Assembly: GCA_963833225.1 (NCBI GenBank)
Contig: CAWHXD010000007.1
Span: forward strand, 224,001 to 288,000
Source of the DNA: an uncultured Chloroflexia bacterium
Lineage (GTDB): Bacteria; Chloroflexota; Limnocylindria; Limnocylindrales; CSP1-4
Length of the DNA: 64,000 bases
Reading direction: 5' to 3'
Part shown: positions 20,716 through 32,560 of the stretch, piece after piece
How positions within the stretch are numbered: the stretch's first letter is position 1
Layout of the letters: each line of letters opens with the position of its first letter
Program-made: the position numbers and the translations under genes
Notes under the pieces: model-generated
What the model was told of the DNA's origin: nothing
Seen by the model: only the letters and a program-made list of their open reading frames with translations
Database searches by the model: none

Positions 20716-21969
20716 GTGATGCCAGCCAGCCTCCGGCCGACCATCGACTGGCGCCGTCTCGTCGCCGTGTTCTGGGTGACACAGCTCGTGGAGACGCTGG
20801 GCGTGAGCCAGGTCTACGCGCTGCTGCCGGCCTACCTGCGAGAGCTCGGTGTGCCGGAGGCGGACCGGCTGCCATTCATCGGCCTCTACGGCTCGCTCAT
20901 CTTCGTGCTCGGGCTGCCGCTGGTCCCGTTGTGGGGGGTCTGGGCGGACAAGATCAGCCGCAAGGCCGTCATCGTGCGCAGCTCGTTGGTCATGGCGATC
21001 GTGCTCACGCTGGCCTCGCTTGCCCGGGAGCCATGGCAGATGGCCGTCGCGGTGATGCTCATCGGGCTCCAGCTCGGCAACACCGGCGTCATGCTGGCCG
21101 GGATCCGGGACGTGACCCCGCGCCACCGCCTGGGGGTGACGATCGCCCTGTTCGGGGCCGCCGGCCCGGTCGGCTTCGCGGTTGGTCCGGTGCTCGCGGG
21201 GATCCTGATCGACGGCCTCGGCTGGTCCATCTCCGCCGTCTATGCGACATCGGCCGCGCTCTCGCTCGGGACCGGGCTCCTCGTCGCGTTCGGCACTCGA
21301 GAGATCCGGCCCGAGGTCATCCCCGCAGGCTCCACGCTCCGTCTCGCGTTCGGGGCGATCCTCGGCGTGCTCGCGGCCCCGGATGTCCGGCGGCTGTTCG
21401 CGATCTACGGCGTGGTCTTCCTCGCCAACCAGGTGTCGCGGCCGTACACGCCGGTGCTGGTGGAGGGGATCACCGGCACGGGTCCCGGGCTGGCCACCGG
21501 GATTGGCCTGGTGATGGGTCTCGGCGCGCTGGTGGGCGCGCTCGGTTCGCCGGCGGCCGGCTGGGTCGGCGACCGGGTGGGGTTCCGACCGGTGCTGATC
21601 GCGTCCCTCGCCGCGGGTGGCGTCGCCAGCCTGCTGATGCCGGCGGTCCCCGGGCTGTGGCTTCTCGCGGCAACTGCCGTGCTGCTCGGGGCGGCCGTGG
21701 CCACGACCGGCGCGATGGTGATGTCCATGCTGGCGACGGAGGTTCCGGCCGAGCGCCGGTCTGCCACGCTCAACCTCGTCTACCTGCCGCTGTATGTCGC
21801 CGGGATCGTGGGCCCCGCGCTGGGCAGCGGGGTGGCCGCGGCGGCCGGCCCCGGGGCCCCGTTCGTCGCCGGCGGGATCGTCTTCCTCGCGGGCGCCGTG
21901 GCCGTCTGGGCCCGCCGCCGGCCCGCCGCGCGTCGACAGGCCGTATCGGGATCGTCGCCGCTGCGCTAG
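20716..21969 (+). CDS. MFS transporter
   Basis: WGVWADKISRK and GWVGDRVGFRP motif A copies; about 12 TM segments. Confidence 0.9.
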   Translation: MMPASLRPTIDWRRLVAVFWVTQLVETLGVSQVYALLPAYLRELGVPEADRLPFIGLYGSLIFVLGLPLVPLWGVWADKISRKAVIVRSSLVMAIVLTLASLAREPWQMAVAVMLIGLQLGNTGVMLAGIRDVTPRHRLGVTIALFGAAGPVGFAVGPVLAGILIDGLGWSISAVYATSAALSLGTGLLVAFGTREIRPEVIPAGSTLRLAFGAILGVLAAPDVRRLFAIYGVVFLANQVSRPYTPVLVEGITGTGPGLATGIGLVMGLGALVGALGSPAAGWVGDRVGFRPVLIASLAAGGVASLLMPAVPGLWLLAATAVLLGAAVATTGAMVMSMLATEVPAERRSATLNLVYLPLYVAGIVGPALGSGVAAAAGPGAPFVAGGIVFLAGAVAVWARRRPAARRQAVSGSSPLR

Positions 21970-22000
21970 GATCGCGCCATGCGATCCGGGGCCCCTCCAA

Positions 22001-22996
22001 GTGCCGAACCTTCTGTCCCGGCCCAGGCTGCGCGGTGCGCGGCCCGGGACGCTGGCCCCTGCCCCGGGAACGGTTGACGACGTCGAGCCCGAGATCATCG
22101 CCCACGGCGGTGTCCGCTGGCTCAACCTGGAGCGACCGCGAGAGGCGGATCGAGAATGGCTGGAGCGCGAGTTCGGGTTCCACCCGCTCGCCATCGAGGA
22201 CGTCGCCTCCCGGAACCAGCGGCCCAAGCTGGATGCCTACGACGACTACCTGTTCATCGTTCTCCACTTCCCGGTGTTCGACAAGTCGCAGGACCGGCTG
22301 CTGACCGCTGAGCTCGACCTGTTCGTCGGCCCGGACTACCTGATCACGCTGCCGGACCAGAACCTGCCGCCCCTCACGGCCATGTTCGAGCGCTACCGGC
22401 AGCGCGAGCAGGTGCGTGAGGACGTGTTCTCGAACGGCACGGGCTACCTGCTGTACAAGATCGTCGATACCTGCGTGGATGCCTCGTTCCCGATGCTGCG
22501 GCGCATGGGCGACAAGCTGGACCGCCTCGAGGACGACATCTTTGAGGGCCGGTCGGCCCAGATCGTGCGCGAGCTGTCCAACGCCAAGCAGGAGATCATC
22601 AACTTCCGGCGCGTCATGCGGCCGATGCGCGCGGTGCTCCGCGACCTCGAACGCACCAAGCAGCGCTACCTCGCCGATGAGCTGGACATCTACTTCGACG
22701 ACATCACCGACGCGGCCGAGCGGATCTGGGACGTCCTGGAGAACTACAAGGAGGTTGCCGAGGCGCTCGAGGACTCCAACGAGTCCGTGCTGTCACACCG
22801 CCTGAACGAGAGCCTCCGGGTCCTCACCGCGTTCAGCGTCGCGATGCTGCCGCTGACCCTGATCGCGTCGATCGGGGGCATGAACGTCAAGCTCCCGGGC
22901 GACGGGACCATCTTCGAGTTCTGGGCGATCATCGCCACGATGACCCTGATCCTCGGCGGGGTCCTCGTCTTCTTCCGCAGGCGGGGCTACCTCTAG
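22001..22996 (+). CDS. corA: CorA-family Mg2+/Co2+ transporter (start uncertain)
   Basis: FHPLAIED, QRPKLDAYDDYLF, and PLTLIASIGGMN (GMN signature) with two C-terminal TMs. Confidence 0.92.
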   Translation: MPNLLSRPRLRGARPGTLAPAPGTVDDVEPEIIAHGGVRWLNLERPREADREWLEREFGFHPLAIEDVASRNQRPKLDAYDDYLFIVLHFPVFDKSQDRLLTAELDLFVGPDYLITLPDQNLPPLTAMFERYRQREQVREDVFSNGTGYLLYKIVDTCVDASFPMLRRMGDKLDRLEDDIFEGRSAQIVRELSNAKQEIINFRRVMRPMRAVLRDLERTKQRYLADELDIYFDDITDAAERIWDVLENYKEVAEALEDSNESVLSHRLNESLRVLTAFSVAMLPLTLIASIGGMNVKLPGDGTIFEFWAIIATMTLILGGVLVFFRRRGYL

Positions 22997-23017
22997 GGTC
23001 CGCGCCCGCCGGGCGCG

Positions 23018-24133
23018 TCAGCCGGGGAGGTGGCGCTCCGCGGCGCCGATGTACCGCATGTCCGGGCGGATGAGCCGGTTGTTGGCACCCTGCTCGATGG
23101 CGTGGGCGGTCCAGCCGGCGTGCCGTGCCAGCGCGAAGGCAGCCGGGAACAGGTCCGGCTTGAGGCCCACACCCATCAGCACCGGCGCCGCGTAGTACTC
23201 GACGTTGGTCTTGAGCGCGCGGTCGGGGTGCTTCTCGGCCAGGACCCGCAGCGCGACATCCTCCACGGCGATCGCCAGCGCCAGCCACTCGGGCTTGCGC
23301 TCCATCGATTCGGCGACCTCGCGCAGGGCGGCCGCCCGAGGGTCGTACGCGCGGTAGACGCGGTGCCCGAAGCCCATCAGGCGGGTGCCGTTCTCGATCG
23401 CCTCGCGCACCCATGCCTCCGCGCGCTCCGGCGTGCCGACCTCGTGGATCTGCTCCACCACCTCGGACGGGGCTCCACCGTGGAGCGGGCCCTTCATCGC
23501 CCCGATGGCGCCGGCCACCGCCGACGCGATGTCCGAGCGCGTCGAGGTGATGACCCGGGCGGTGAAGGTCGAGGCGTTGAACCCGTGTTCCGCGCCGACG
23601 ATGAAATAGGCGTCCAGGGCCCGTGCGGCCTCGGCCTCCGGCTTCACGCCGTTGAGCTGGTAGAGGAACCCTGGGACCAGGTCGAGGTCCGGGTCCGGCG
23701 CCACCGGCTCCAGGCCCTGGCGCAGGCGGGCGAACGCGGCGAGCGCCGAGGGCGAGAACGCGGTCAACGCGCGGGCCTGCTCGGGTGTCGGCGGCCAGGA
23801 CGGGTTGGTCACCGCTCCCCATACCGAGACGGCCGTCCGCAGCGCGTCCATCGGGCGGGCATCCGCGGGCAGGGCGCGGAGCGCTGTCATGACGCCATCC
23901 GGCACGGGCAGGCAGGGCAGCTTGGCCGAGGGGTTCCACGCGTCGGTCCAGAGCAGCTCCGTGACCGCGGCGTAGGACCCGTGCTTCACGAGCTCACCGA
24001 TGGGGTAGCCGCGATACAGGAGTCGGCCGGCCCCACCATCGATGAACGACAGTGAGGTCTCCCCGGCGACGATGCCCTCGAGGCCTGGAGAGTAGGGACG
24101 GGTGTCGGCAGTCGCCGAAGCGGGCTCAATCAT
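23018..24133 (-). CDS. Citrate synthase / 2-methylcitrate synthase family
   Basis: YSPGLEGI, LLYRGY, EHGFNASTF, GPLHGGA, LMGFGHRVY, DPRA. Confidence 0.93.
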   Translation of the reverse strand: MIEPASATADTRPYSPGLEGIVAGETSLSFIDGGAGRLLYRGYPIGELVKHGSYAAVTELLWTDAWNPSAKLPCLPVPDGVMTALRALPADARPMDALRTAVSVWGAVTNPSWPPTPEQARALTAFSPSALAAFARLRQGLEPVAPDPDLDLVPGFLYQLNGVKPEAEAARALDAYFIVGAEHGFNASTFTARVITSTRSDIASAVAGAIGAMKGPLHGGAPSEVVEQIHEVGTPERAEAWVREAIENGTRLMGFGHRVYRAYDPRAAALREVAESMERKPEWLALAIAVEDVALRVLAEKHPDRALKTNVEYYAAPVLMGVGLKPDLFPAAFALARHAGWTAHAIEQGANNRLIRPDMRYIGAAERHLPG

Positions 24134-24235
24134 GGACGGATGGTAGCCCGCCCGGCACGCACGTGACGGGCCGAGCGATGCAGGTCGGGTGCCGAATGGC
24201 GCAACCGAGAGGTGCTGGATGCGCGCTCGAGACCG

Positions 24236-24934
24236 TCAGTCGCGACGTTCGCCGTGGGCCGGCTCGGCCTCAAGGGCCTCGACCCGGATCCCGATGTGGT
24301 CGGCCAGCAGCGGCGCCAGGTCCAGCAGCTGGTCCGGGGCCATGACCGCTCCGTGGAGACCACCGACCCCGCGCACGGTGCCCAGTCGAGTCCGGCGGAG
24401 GTCCAGTCTCGCGAGCCGCGCCGCGTTCACGTCGAGGAGCTCCACCATCCCGCCCCGGACCGCGAGGTTGCGCACCTCGGCGCCGGCGAGATCGAGCTCG
24501 CCCACGACGCAGTCCTCGATCACGACGTCCCGCAGCCGGCCGCCGGCAAGGACGAGGTAGTCGATCTTGCCGCCCCGAAGCCGCAGGTGCGTCCAGCTCG
24601 CCCCCGGCGCCGAGAGCGCCCCGATGCGGGCTTCGCGCACCACGACCTCCCGCCAGGTCGAGTCCGCGGCGTCCACCGTGACCCCGTGGACGTCCTCCAG
24701 CACGCAGGCTGACCAGCTCGTGCGGGCGAGGCCCACGGCGTCGAGCCCGCAGCGGGCCAGGCGGCACTCGCGGAACGACGCGCCGAGCGCCACCTGGCCG
24801 CCGAGGTCGAGATCCTCGAATGCCAGGCCGTCGTAGTCACCGCCCGTCTCCAGCCAGTCGGCGGCGAACGGTGACAGCTCCGGCAGCTCGATGACCGACG
24901 GTGGCTCGGACGGCCGGCTCGGGCGCGCCGCCAT
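24236..24934 (-). CDS. Pentapeptide-repeat protein
   Basis: Periodic F/L/W-x4 pattern (ASFRE CRLAR ... STWRE VVVRE ... LDLAG AEVRN). Confidence 0.8.
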   Translation of the reverse strand: MAARPSRPSEPPSVIELPELSPFAADWLETGGDYDGLAFEDLDLGGQVALGASFRECRLARCGLDAVGLARTSWSACVLEDVHGVTVDAADSTWREVVVREARIGALSAPGASWTHLRLRGGKIDYLVLAGGRLRDVVIEDCVVGELDLAGAEVRNLAVRGGMVELLDVNAARLARLDLRRTRLGTVRGVGGLHGAVMAPDQLLDLAPLLADHIGIRVEALEAEPAHGERRD

Positions 24935-24938
24935 TCGA

Positions 24939-25700
24939 TCAGGGCCGCGGGATCGCGGACGCGGCGGCCTCGTCAAGGACCCAGGTCGCCGTCGGCAGGC
25001 GAGCTGCCCTCACCGGCAGCTCGCACAGGTCATGTCCGGACCAGGCCCGCCCCAGGCTGGCTGCCTTGGACACGCCCGCGGTGACCACCAGCACGGACCG
25101 TGCCGCCGCCACCAGGCGCGGGTGCAGCGTCACGCGGTCCAGGTGGGGCCCCACGTGGGTCGGTGCGGGAACGGCAGCGCAGGCACCCTCAACCTCCCAC
25201 ACCGCCGAGTCCGGGAAGACCGAGAGGATGTGGCCGTCCGGACCCACGCCCAGCACGATCAGGTCCAGCACGGGCGTCCCGGCCGCGTCGAGTGGAACGG
25301 TGGCCGTGAGTGCCTCGGCGTAGCGGGCTGCCGCCCACCCCGGTCCCTCGCCAGCACCCATCGCCTCCGGGATGGGCCATGGATGCAGGTTCCCGCCGGG
25401 GATCGAGATCCCGCCCAGCAGCCCCTCGGTGAGCGGCCGGACGTTGGACTCCGGGTCGTCGTATGGGACCCACCGGTCATCGCCCCACCAGGTCTGCACT
25501 CGATCCCAGGCGACCTGTTCGCGCAACGGCGACGCGACCAGCGCCCGGTAGATGCCCGGGGCCGCGGAGCCCCCGGTGGTCGCCCAGTGGGCCTCACCCT
25601 TCGTGGCAATCGTGCCGGCAAGCGTGTCGGCGATGACCTCGGCCGCCGTCGCCGACACGGCATCCGTGGGGACGATGCGGAGCGCGGGCAGATGGAGCAA
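24939..25700 (-). CDS. pgl: 6-phosphogluconolactonase
   Basis: TGGSAA, WGDDRWVP, ESN, LGVGPDGHILSVFP, RVTL; located after zwf-opcA. Confidence 0.92.
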   Translation of the reverse strand: MLHLPALRIVPTDAVSATAAEVIADTLAGTIATKGEAHWATTGGSAAPGIYRALVASPLREQVAWDRVQTWWGDDRWVPYDDPESNVRPLTEGLLGGISIPGGNLHPWPIPEAMGAGEGPGWAAARYAEALTATVPLDAAGTPVLDLIVLGVGPDGHILSVFPDSAVWEVEGACAAVPAPTHVGPHLDRVTLHPRLVAAARSVLVVTAGVSKAASLGRAWSGHDLCELPVRAARLPTATWVLDEAAASAIPRP

Positions 25701-25715
25701 CGCCTGGCCTCCTGT

Positions 25716-27050
25716 TCAGATTCGAGGGTTGTCGCCGATCAGCCTGGCCGCCGTCCGGATGCTGCCGATGGTGACCGCGTCGCGAGCGCTGCCCTCCAGC
25801 GCCTCGCCCAGGAGATCCACCTCGGTGCGGCGAGGCGACTTGAACGTCCGGTCCACGGACTCCACCCCGTCCACCCAGGTGTGCACGTGGACGTTCTCAA
25901 CCTCGGCGGTGACGTCGGCGCGAAGCTCCGAGCCGCGACGGTCGGCCAGGATCTCGACCCGCAGGGTGGTCCCGGGTGGCATCGATGACGCGATCGGCCG
26001 GATGACGACCGCCACCTCGGATGAGGACGACCGGCCGGAGAGGCGGGCCGCAAGACCGCGATGCATCGGCGGCTTCTCACCGGGCCGGGGCCGGACCGGG
26101 GCGCCGGCCCGGCCCTTCGCCTCCACCGGCGCGAGCGGCGACACGACGCGCAGCCCGAGTCGCGAGGCCAGCCACGCGACGTGGTACAGCGGCTTCACCA
26201 CGTTGGTGGAGCCGGGTGCCCCGGTCTCGGACCCGGCGGCGTAGGTGACGGAGATGCGGCGGATGAAGGGGAGGTACGGGAGGAAGTCGGCGAGATCGAA
26301 GATCGTGGCGATCGCCTCTCGCCAGCGCGACTGGCGGACCAGCGCGAAGTCGCGGATCGAGAGTCGCTCGAACCGGTCGTAGAGGTTGGCGAGCTGGACC
26401 AGCCGGGCGAGGCCATCGCCGGACCACGCTGACCCGTCCACGATGAGCCGGTCGATGCCCTCGAGGAGCTCCTCGGCCGGGGCCGTTCCCAGCGGCGGCT
26501 CACCAGGCCACCAGACGGTGACCGGCAGGTCGTGGATCAGCAGCGGAGCGACGAGGGCGGACAGGTGCCGGCCGGTCTCACCGCCGGCGGACAGGAAGAT
26601 CTGCTCGGAGCACATCTCGGGGGCGTCGGCGCGGGGCAGGACGCAGTGGGCCTGGATTCGCGCGTCCAGCCAGCCAGGGCCGTCCGGGTCCGCCGACTGC
26701 ACGATCAGCGTCCGCGACGGATGGCGGCCGGTGAGCCGCGAGACGATCTCCGCCGCCCGCTCGCCCGTCTCGGGTCGGCGGGCGACGACGACCAGGTTCA
26801 GCACCGAGGTCCGGCCCGCGATGTGGCGCCCCGGGCGCTCGTCCGCGCCAGGCGCCAGCAGGTTCGGCTGGGACCAGATCCGGCCAAGCTCGGTTTCGAT
26901 GTCGTCGATCGAATGGGCGTGGCTCAGCCAGCGCATCGTGGGCTCGCCGGGCTGCGGCGGCTCCGCCAGCTCGATCCGCCCGCCGCCCGCCGGCCGCACA
27001 CCCACGGCGATGATCTCCCCGAACGACCGCCCCAGGCTCTCGCCGGACAC
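25716..27050 (-). CDS. opcA: Glucose-6-phosphate dehydrogenase assembly protein OpcA
   Basis: VLNLVVV, HPSRTLIV, CSEQI, PLLIHDLPVTVWW, RLIVDG, WLASRLG; immediately downstream of zwf. Confidence 0.88.
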   Translation of the reverse strand: MSGESLGRSFGEIIAVGVRPAGGGRIELAEPPQPGEPTMRWLSHAHSIDDIETELGRIWSQPNLLAPGADERPGRHIAGRTSVLNLVVVARRPETGERAAEIVSRLTGRHPSRTLIVQSADPDGPGWLDARIQAHCVLPRADAPEMCSEQIFLSAGGETGRHLSALVAPLLIHDLPVTVWWPGEPPLGTAPAEELLEGIDRLIVDGSAWSGDGLARLVQLANLYDRFERLSIRDFALVRQSRWREAIATIFDLADFLPYLPFIRRISVTYAAGSETGAPGSTNVVKPLYHVAWLASRLGLRVVSPLAPVEAKGRAGAPVRPRPGEKPPMHRGLAARLSGRSSSSEVAVVIRPIASSMPPGTTLRVEILADRRGSELRADVTAEVENVHVHTWVDGVESVDRTFKSPRRTEVDLLGEALEGSARDAVTIGSIRTAARLIGDNPRI

Positions 27051-27052
27051 GC

Positions 27053-28763
<1,711 letters not shown>

Positions 28764-28780
28764 CTAGCGCCTCACCGTTG

Positions 28781-28872
28781 TCACATCCATCGGACCTGTT
28801 CCGCCTTCACCGCGTGGTCGCCGAGCTCGTTCCGGCGCCCATCCGGCCGAGGCCGATGAAGCCGATGCGCAT
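28781..28872 (-). pseudogene. gnd: 6-phosphogluconate dehydrogenase remnant: N- and C-terminal ends joined, body missing
   Basis: After SD GGAG: MRIGFIGLGRMGA, fused out of frame to RNELGDHAVKAEQVRWM*. Sits directly upstream of zwf. Confidence 0.8.
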
Positions 28873-29183
28873 GGTGCAGATCTCCACTGGGCGGGCCGGA
28901 TGGCGCCATGGGTGTCAGTCCAAGGATAGGCCCGCTCCGCGATTCACTGTCAGCGGTGCGATCGTCGCCCGGATGGCAGCTGCTCGTGCCCGAGCCGGGA
29001 TCAGCTCGTGCCGAGCCGGCGCCAGCTCGCGCAACCGGCCCCATCTCGTGCCACAGATCACCCGGGCCCACTGTTGGGACCGCCCGCTGGCGGAGAGGGG
29101 CGCCTTGCAGCAGCAGGGGGCGATATTCAGCCCGGTTTCGAGCTCCTGGGCGTGCCTGGACGGGTGGTGGCCGATATCTGGCG

Positions 29184-29828
29184 CTAGCTGGATCGCAGGC
29201 GCCGGTAGGCCCGGATCTGATCGATCGGCGGTTCTGGGACCGCCTCGAAGAACCAGCCAGGCGATGCGTCCGCGACATCGATCGTCGTGTACGCATACTC
29301 GAACGTCCGCTCGCCGTCATCGAGCCGCAGGCCAAACGGCAGGATCTGTCCGCCCGCCGGGCGCCAGTCGGCGAAGACCACCTCGATCGGCGCCGCGCCC
29401 GGGAACTCGAAGCGCAGGCCCGCGGCCCATCCCCCGTCATCGCCCTCGATCAGCTGCACCGAGCCGCCATACGGAAAGGGGCCGCCGATGCCGCGCCGCT
29501 CGCCGCCCCCAAAGGGGATGGCCGTCATCGGCTCCGCGTCGTCGATGATCTCCTCGAAGGCGAGCAGGAACGCGTGAAACTGGTGCCCCAGCGCGAAGCC
29601 ACGCTGGGCGTCGCTGCCCAGCCGCGCCACCCCGCCCTCGCTCGTCCACCCGAACGGCCCCTCGACCGCCACCGTGCGCACGTCGTCGCGCACATGCCGC
29701 ACGGCCGCCTCGTTCCTGGCGTGGAACAGCGTCTCCAGCACGAACCGGGAGCCGTCGGAGACGTGGGCCTCGGCGATCGCGTGGATGTGTCGCCTCGAGC
29801 GCCCGTCCGGTGCCGCGCCAGCCGTCAA
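29184..29828 (-). CDS. Hypothetical protein (start uncertain)
   Basis: Open frame with protein-like composition (GHQFHAFLLAFEEI...LPFGLRLDDGERTFEYAY), downstream of rpiB. Confidence 0.6.
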   Translation of the reverse strand: MTAGAAPDGRSRRHIHAIAEAHVSDGSRFVLETLFHARNEAAVRHVRDDVRTVAVEGPFGWTSEGGVARLGSDAQRGFALGHQFHAFLLAFEEIIDDAEPMTAIPFGGGERRGIGGPFPYGGSVQLIEGDDGGWAAGLRFEFPGAAPIEVVFADWRPAGGQILPFGLRLDDGERTFEYAYTTIDVADASPGWFFEAVPEPPIDQIRAYRRLRSS

Positions 29829-29838
29829 CCGGCCACCA

Positions 29839-30315
29839 TCAGTCCCCGCTCGACCCCATCGACTCGGCCTCGATCGCGAGGACCTTGTCAAGGCGCCGCC
29901 GGTGCCGCGGCTCGCCGGAGAAGCGCGCCGCGAGGAACGCCAGCGCACATTCGACGGCGGGCTCGATCCCGATCACCCGGGAACCGAGCGTGAGCACGTT
30001 CATGTCGTCATGCTCCACGCCCTGGTGCGCGCTGTAGGTGTCGTGGCACAGCCCGGCGCGGACGCCGCGCATCTTGTTGGCCGCGATGGACGCGCCCACG
30101 CCGGACCCGCAGACCAGGATCCCCCGGTCGGCCCGGCCCTCCTGGAGCGCGCGGCCCAGCAGGTGGCTGAAGTCCGGGTAGTCGTCCCCCGGGTCAGAGC
30201 CATCGCCGCCGAGATCGATCAGCTCGTGCTCTCCGGCGGTGAGCCTGGCCAGCTTCGCGAGCAGCTCGTCCTTGAACCTGGCACCCGCGTGGTCGGCAGC
30301 AAACACGATGCGCAT
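29839..30315 (-). CDS. rpiB: Ribose-5-phosphate isomerase B
   Basis: [47 protein letters not shown]. Confidence 0.95.
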   Translation of the reverse strand: MRIVFAADHAGARFKDELLAKLARLTAGEHELIDLGGDGSDPGDDYPDFSHLLGRALQEGRADRGILVCGSGVGASIAANKMRGVRAGLCHDTYSAHQGVEHDDMNVLTLGSRVIGIEPAVECALAFLAARFSGEPRHRRRLDKVLAIEAESMGSSGD

Positions 30316-30331
30316 CGCGCTGAGCCTCCGT

Positions 30332-32411
30332 CTAGTGGCCGTGCGGGACGTGGAGCGTCGCCTGGCGACCGTGCAGTCCCTCGCGGACCACGCGCCGGGC
30401 GACGTCGGCCACGCGGTCCGTGGTGAACCCGAACTCCCGCAGGATCGTCCCGGCGGGCGCGCTCGCGCCGAAGTGATCGATGCCGATGATCGCACCCTCG
30501 TCGCCCGCGTAGCGCTCCCAGCCCATGGAGACGCCCATCTCCACGGTGACGCGCTTGCGGATCGACGGCGGCAGGACGCTGTCCCGGTACGCCTGGTCCT
30601 GCGCCTCGAACCGCTCCCAGCAGGGGAGCGACACCACCCGCGTCGGGATGCCGTCGTCCTCGAGGGTGCCGGCCGCGTTGAAGGCGAGCTGGAGCTCCGA
30701 GCCGGTGGCCACCAGGATCAGCTCCGGCGCGCCACTCGCGGCCTCTCGCAGGATGTAGCCACCGCGGCGCACGCCTTCGCGCGCGAGCTCCGTGGTGCCC
30801 GGGAGGGTGGGCAGCTTCTGGCGGGTCAGCGCCAGCGCCACCGGCCCGCTGCCCGCACCGTCGAGCGAGGGCCGCTCCACCGCGAGCGCCCAGGCCGCGG
30901 CCGTCTCGTTGGCATCGCCCGGGCGGACGAACCACAGGTTGGGAATCGCGCGCAGGGCGGCGTAGTGCTCCACCGGCTGGTGGGTCGGGCCATCCTCGCC
31001 GAGGCCCACCGAGTCGTGCGTCCAGACATAGATCACGTGCAGGCTCGAGAGCGCCGCGATCCGGACCGCGCCGCGCATGTAGTCGCTGAAGGTGAGGAAG
31101 GTGGCCGCGTACGGGAGGAAGCCGCCGTGGTAGGCGATGCCGTTGGCGATGCCGCCCATCGCGTGCTCTCGGACCCCGAACCGCAGGTTGCGGCCCGCGT
31201 GCTCGGCCTCGAAGTGGTCGTGGCCGAGGGCCTTGACGTCGGTCAGGTTGGACTCGGAGAGGTCCGCGGAGCCGCCGAACAGCTCCGGTACCGGCCCCGC
31301 GAGCGACTGGATCAGGTCCTGGCTCGCGTTGCGGGTCGCGACCTCGGTGCCGGTCTCGTAGACGTTCAGGCCGGCGTTCCAGCCGTTGGCCAGGACGGCG
31401 CCGGTCATCCGTCGGCGGAGCTCCGCGGCCGCTTCCGGATAGGCGTCCCGATAGGCGTCGGGACCGCGCTTCCCAGTCCGCGACGAGCGCCTGCCCGGCC
31501 CCGACGGCCTCACGGAACAGCGCGCTCGCCTCGTCGGGGACGAAGAACGTCTTGTCCGGATCCCAGCCGTAGGCCTCCTTGGTCAGGCGGACCTCGTCCG
31601 CGCCGAGCGGGGCGCCGTGCGCCTTCTGCGTGTCCTGCTTGTTCGGGCTGCCGAAGCCGATGTGGGTGCGGACCGCGATGATCGACGGCCGGTCGTCCGC
31701 CTTGGCGGCCTCGATGGCGGCGCTGATCGCGGCGACGTCGGTGCCGTCCTCGACCCGCTGCGTGTGCCAGCCGTACGCGGCGTAGCGCCCGAGGACGTCC
31801 TCCGTGAAGGCCCATGCGGTAGGCCCATCGAGCTGGATCCGGTTGTCGTCGTAGAGGGCGATCAGCTTGCCCAGCTTCAGGTGTCCGGCCAGCGAGCTGG
31901 CCTCGGCGCTGACGCCCTCCTGGAGGTCACCGTCGGAGCAGATGACGTAGGTGCGATGGTCGACGATCTCGTGCCCGTCGCGGTTGAACTCCCCGGCGAG
32001 ACGGCGCTCGGCGATGGCCATGCCGACAGCGTTGACGAGCCCCTGGCCGAGCGGGCCCGTGGTGGCCTCGACGCCCGGGGTGAGGCCGAACTCCGGGTGG
32101 CCCGGGGTGATCGATCCCCACTGGCGGAAGGCCTTGAGATCGTCGAGGCTGACCGCGTAGCCGGTCAGGTGGAGCAGCGAGTAGAGCAGCATCGACGCGT
32201 GGCCGGCGGACAGCACGAATCGGTCGCGATTGGCCCATGCGGGATCGCTCGGGGCATGCCGCAGGTGCTTCGTCCACAGCGCGAACGCCATCGGCGCCAT
32301 GCCCATGGGGGCACCCGGGTGCCCGGAGTTCGCCTGCTGGACGCCGTCGATGGCGAGGGTGCGGATGGTGTCGACGGCCAGCCGCTCGAGCTGGTCCTGG
32401 GCAAGGGTCAT
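30332..32411 (-). CDS. tkt: Transketolase (frameshift near 31460)
   Basis: [57 protein letters not shown]. Confidence 0.96.
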
Positions 32412-32560
32412 CGCTGCTTCTCCGGGTGTTCGGAACGCCTGGCGGGACTGCCTCGCGTGGGTCCGGCGCGAGCAGCGCGGCGCGTTCGGCCGCGAGGAGC
32501 CATCGTACCGCGCCATGCTTCACGGCCATGGTGTCGGTGTCGCCGTCGTATGCTCGGGTC

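Noticed and set aside
19314-22304. Very long alternative-frame ORFs (e.g. 996 aa here; also 49617-51992 and 11430-13646)
   Set aside because: These are shadow ORFs typical of high-GC DNA; they overlap well-supported genes and have no recognisable motifs.
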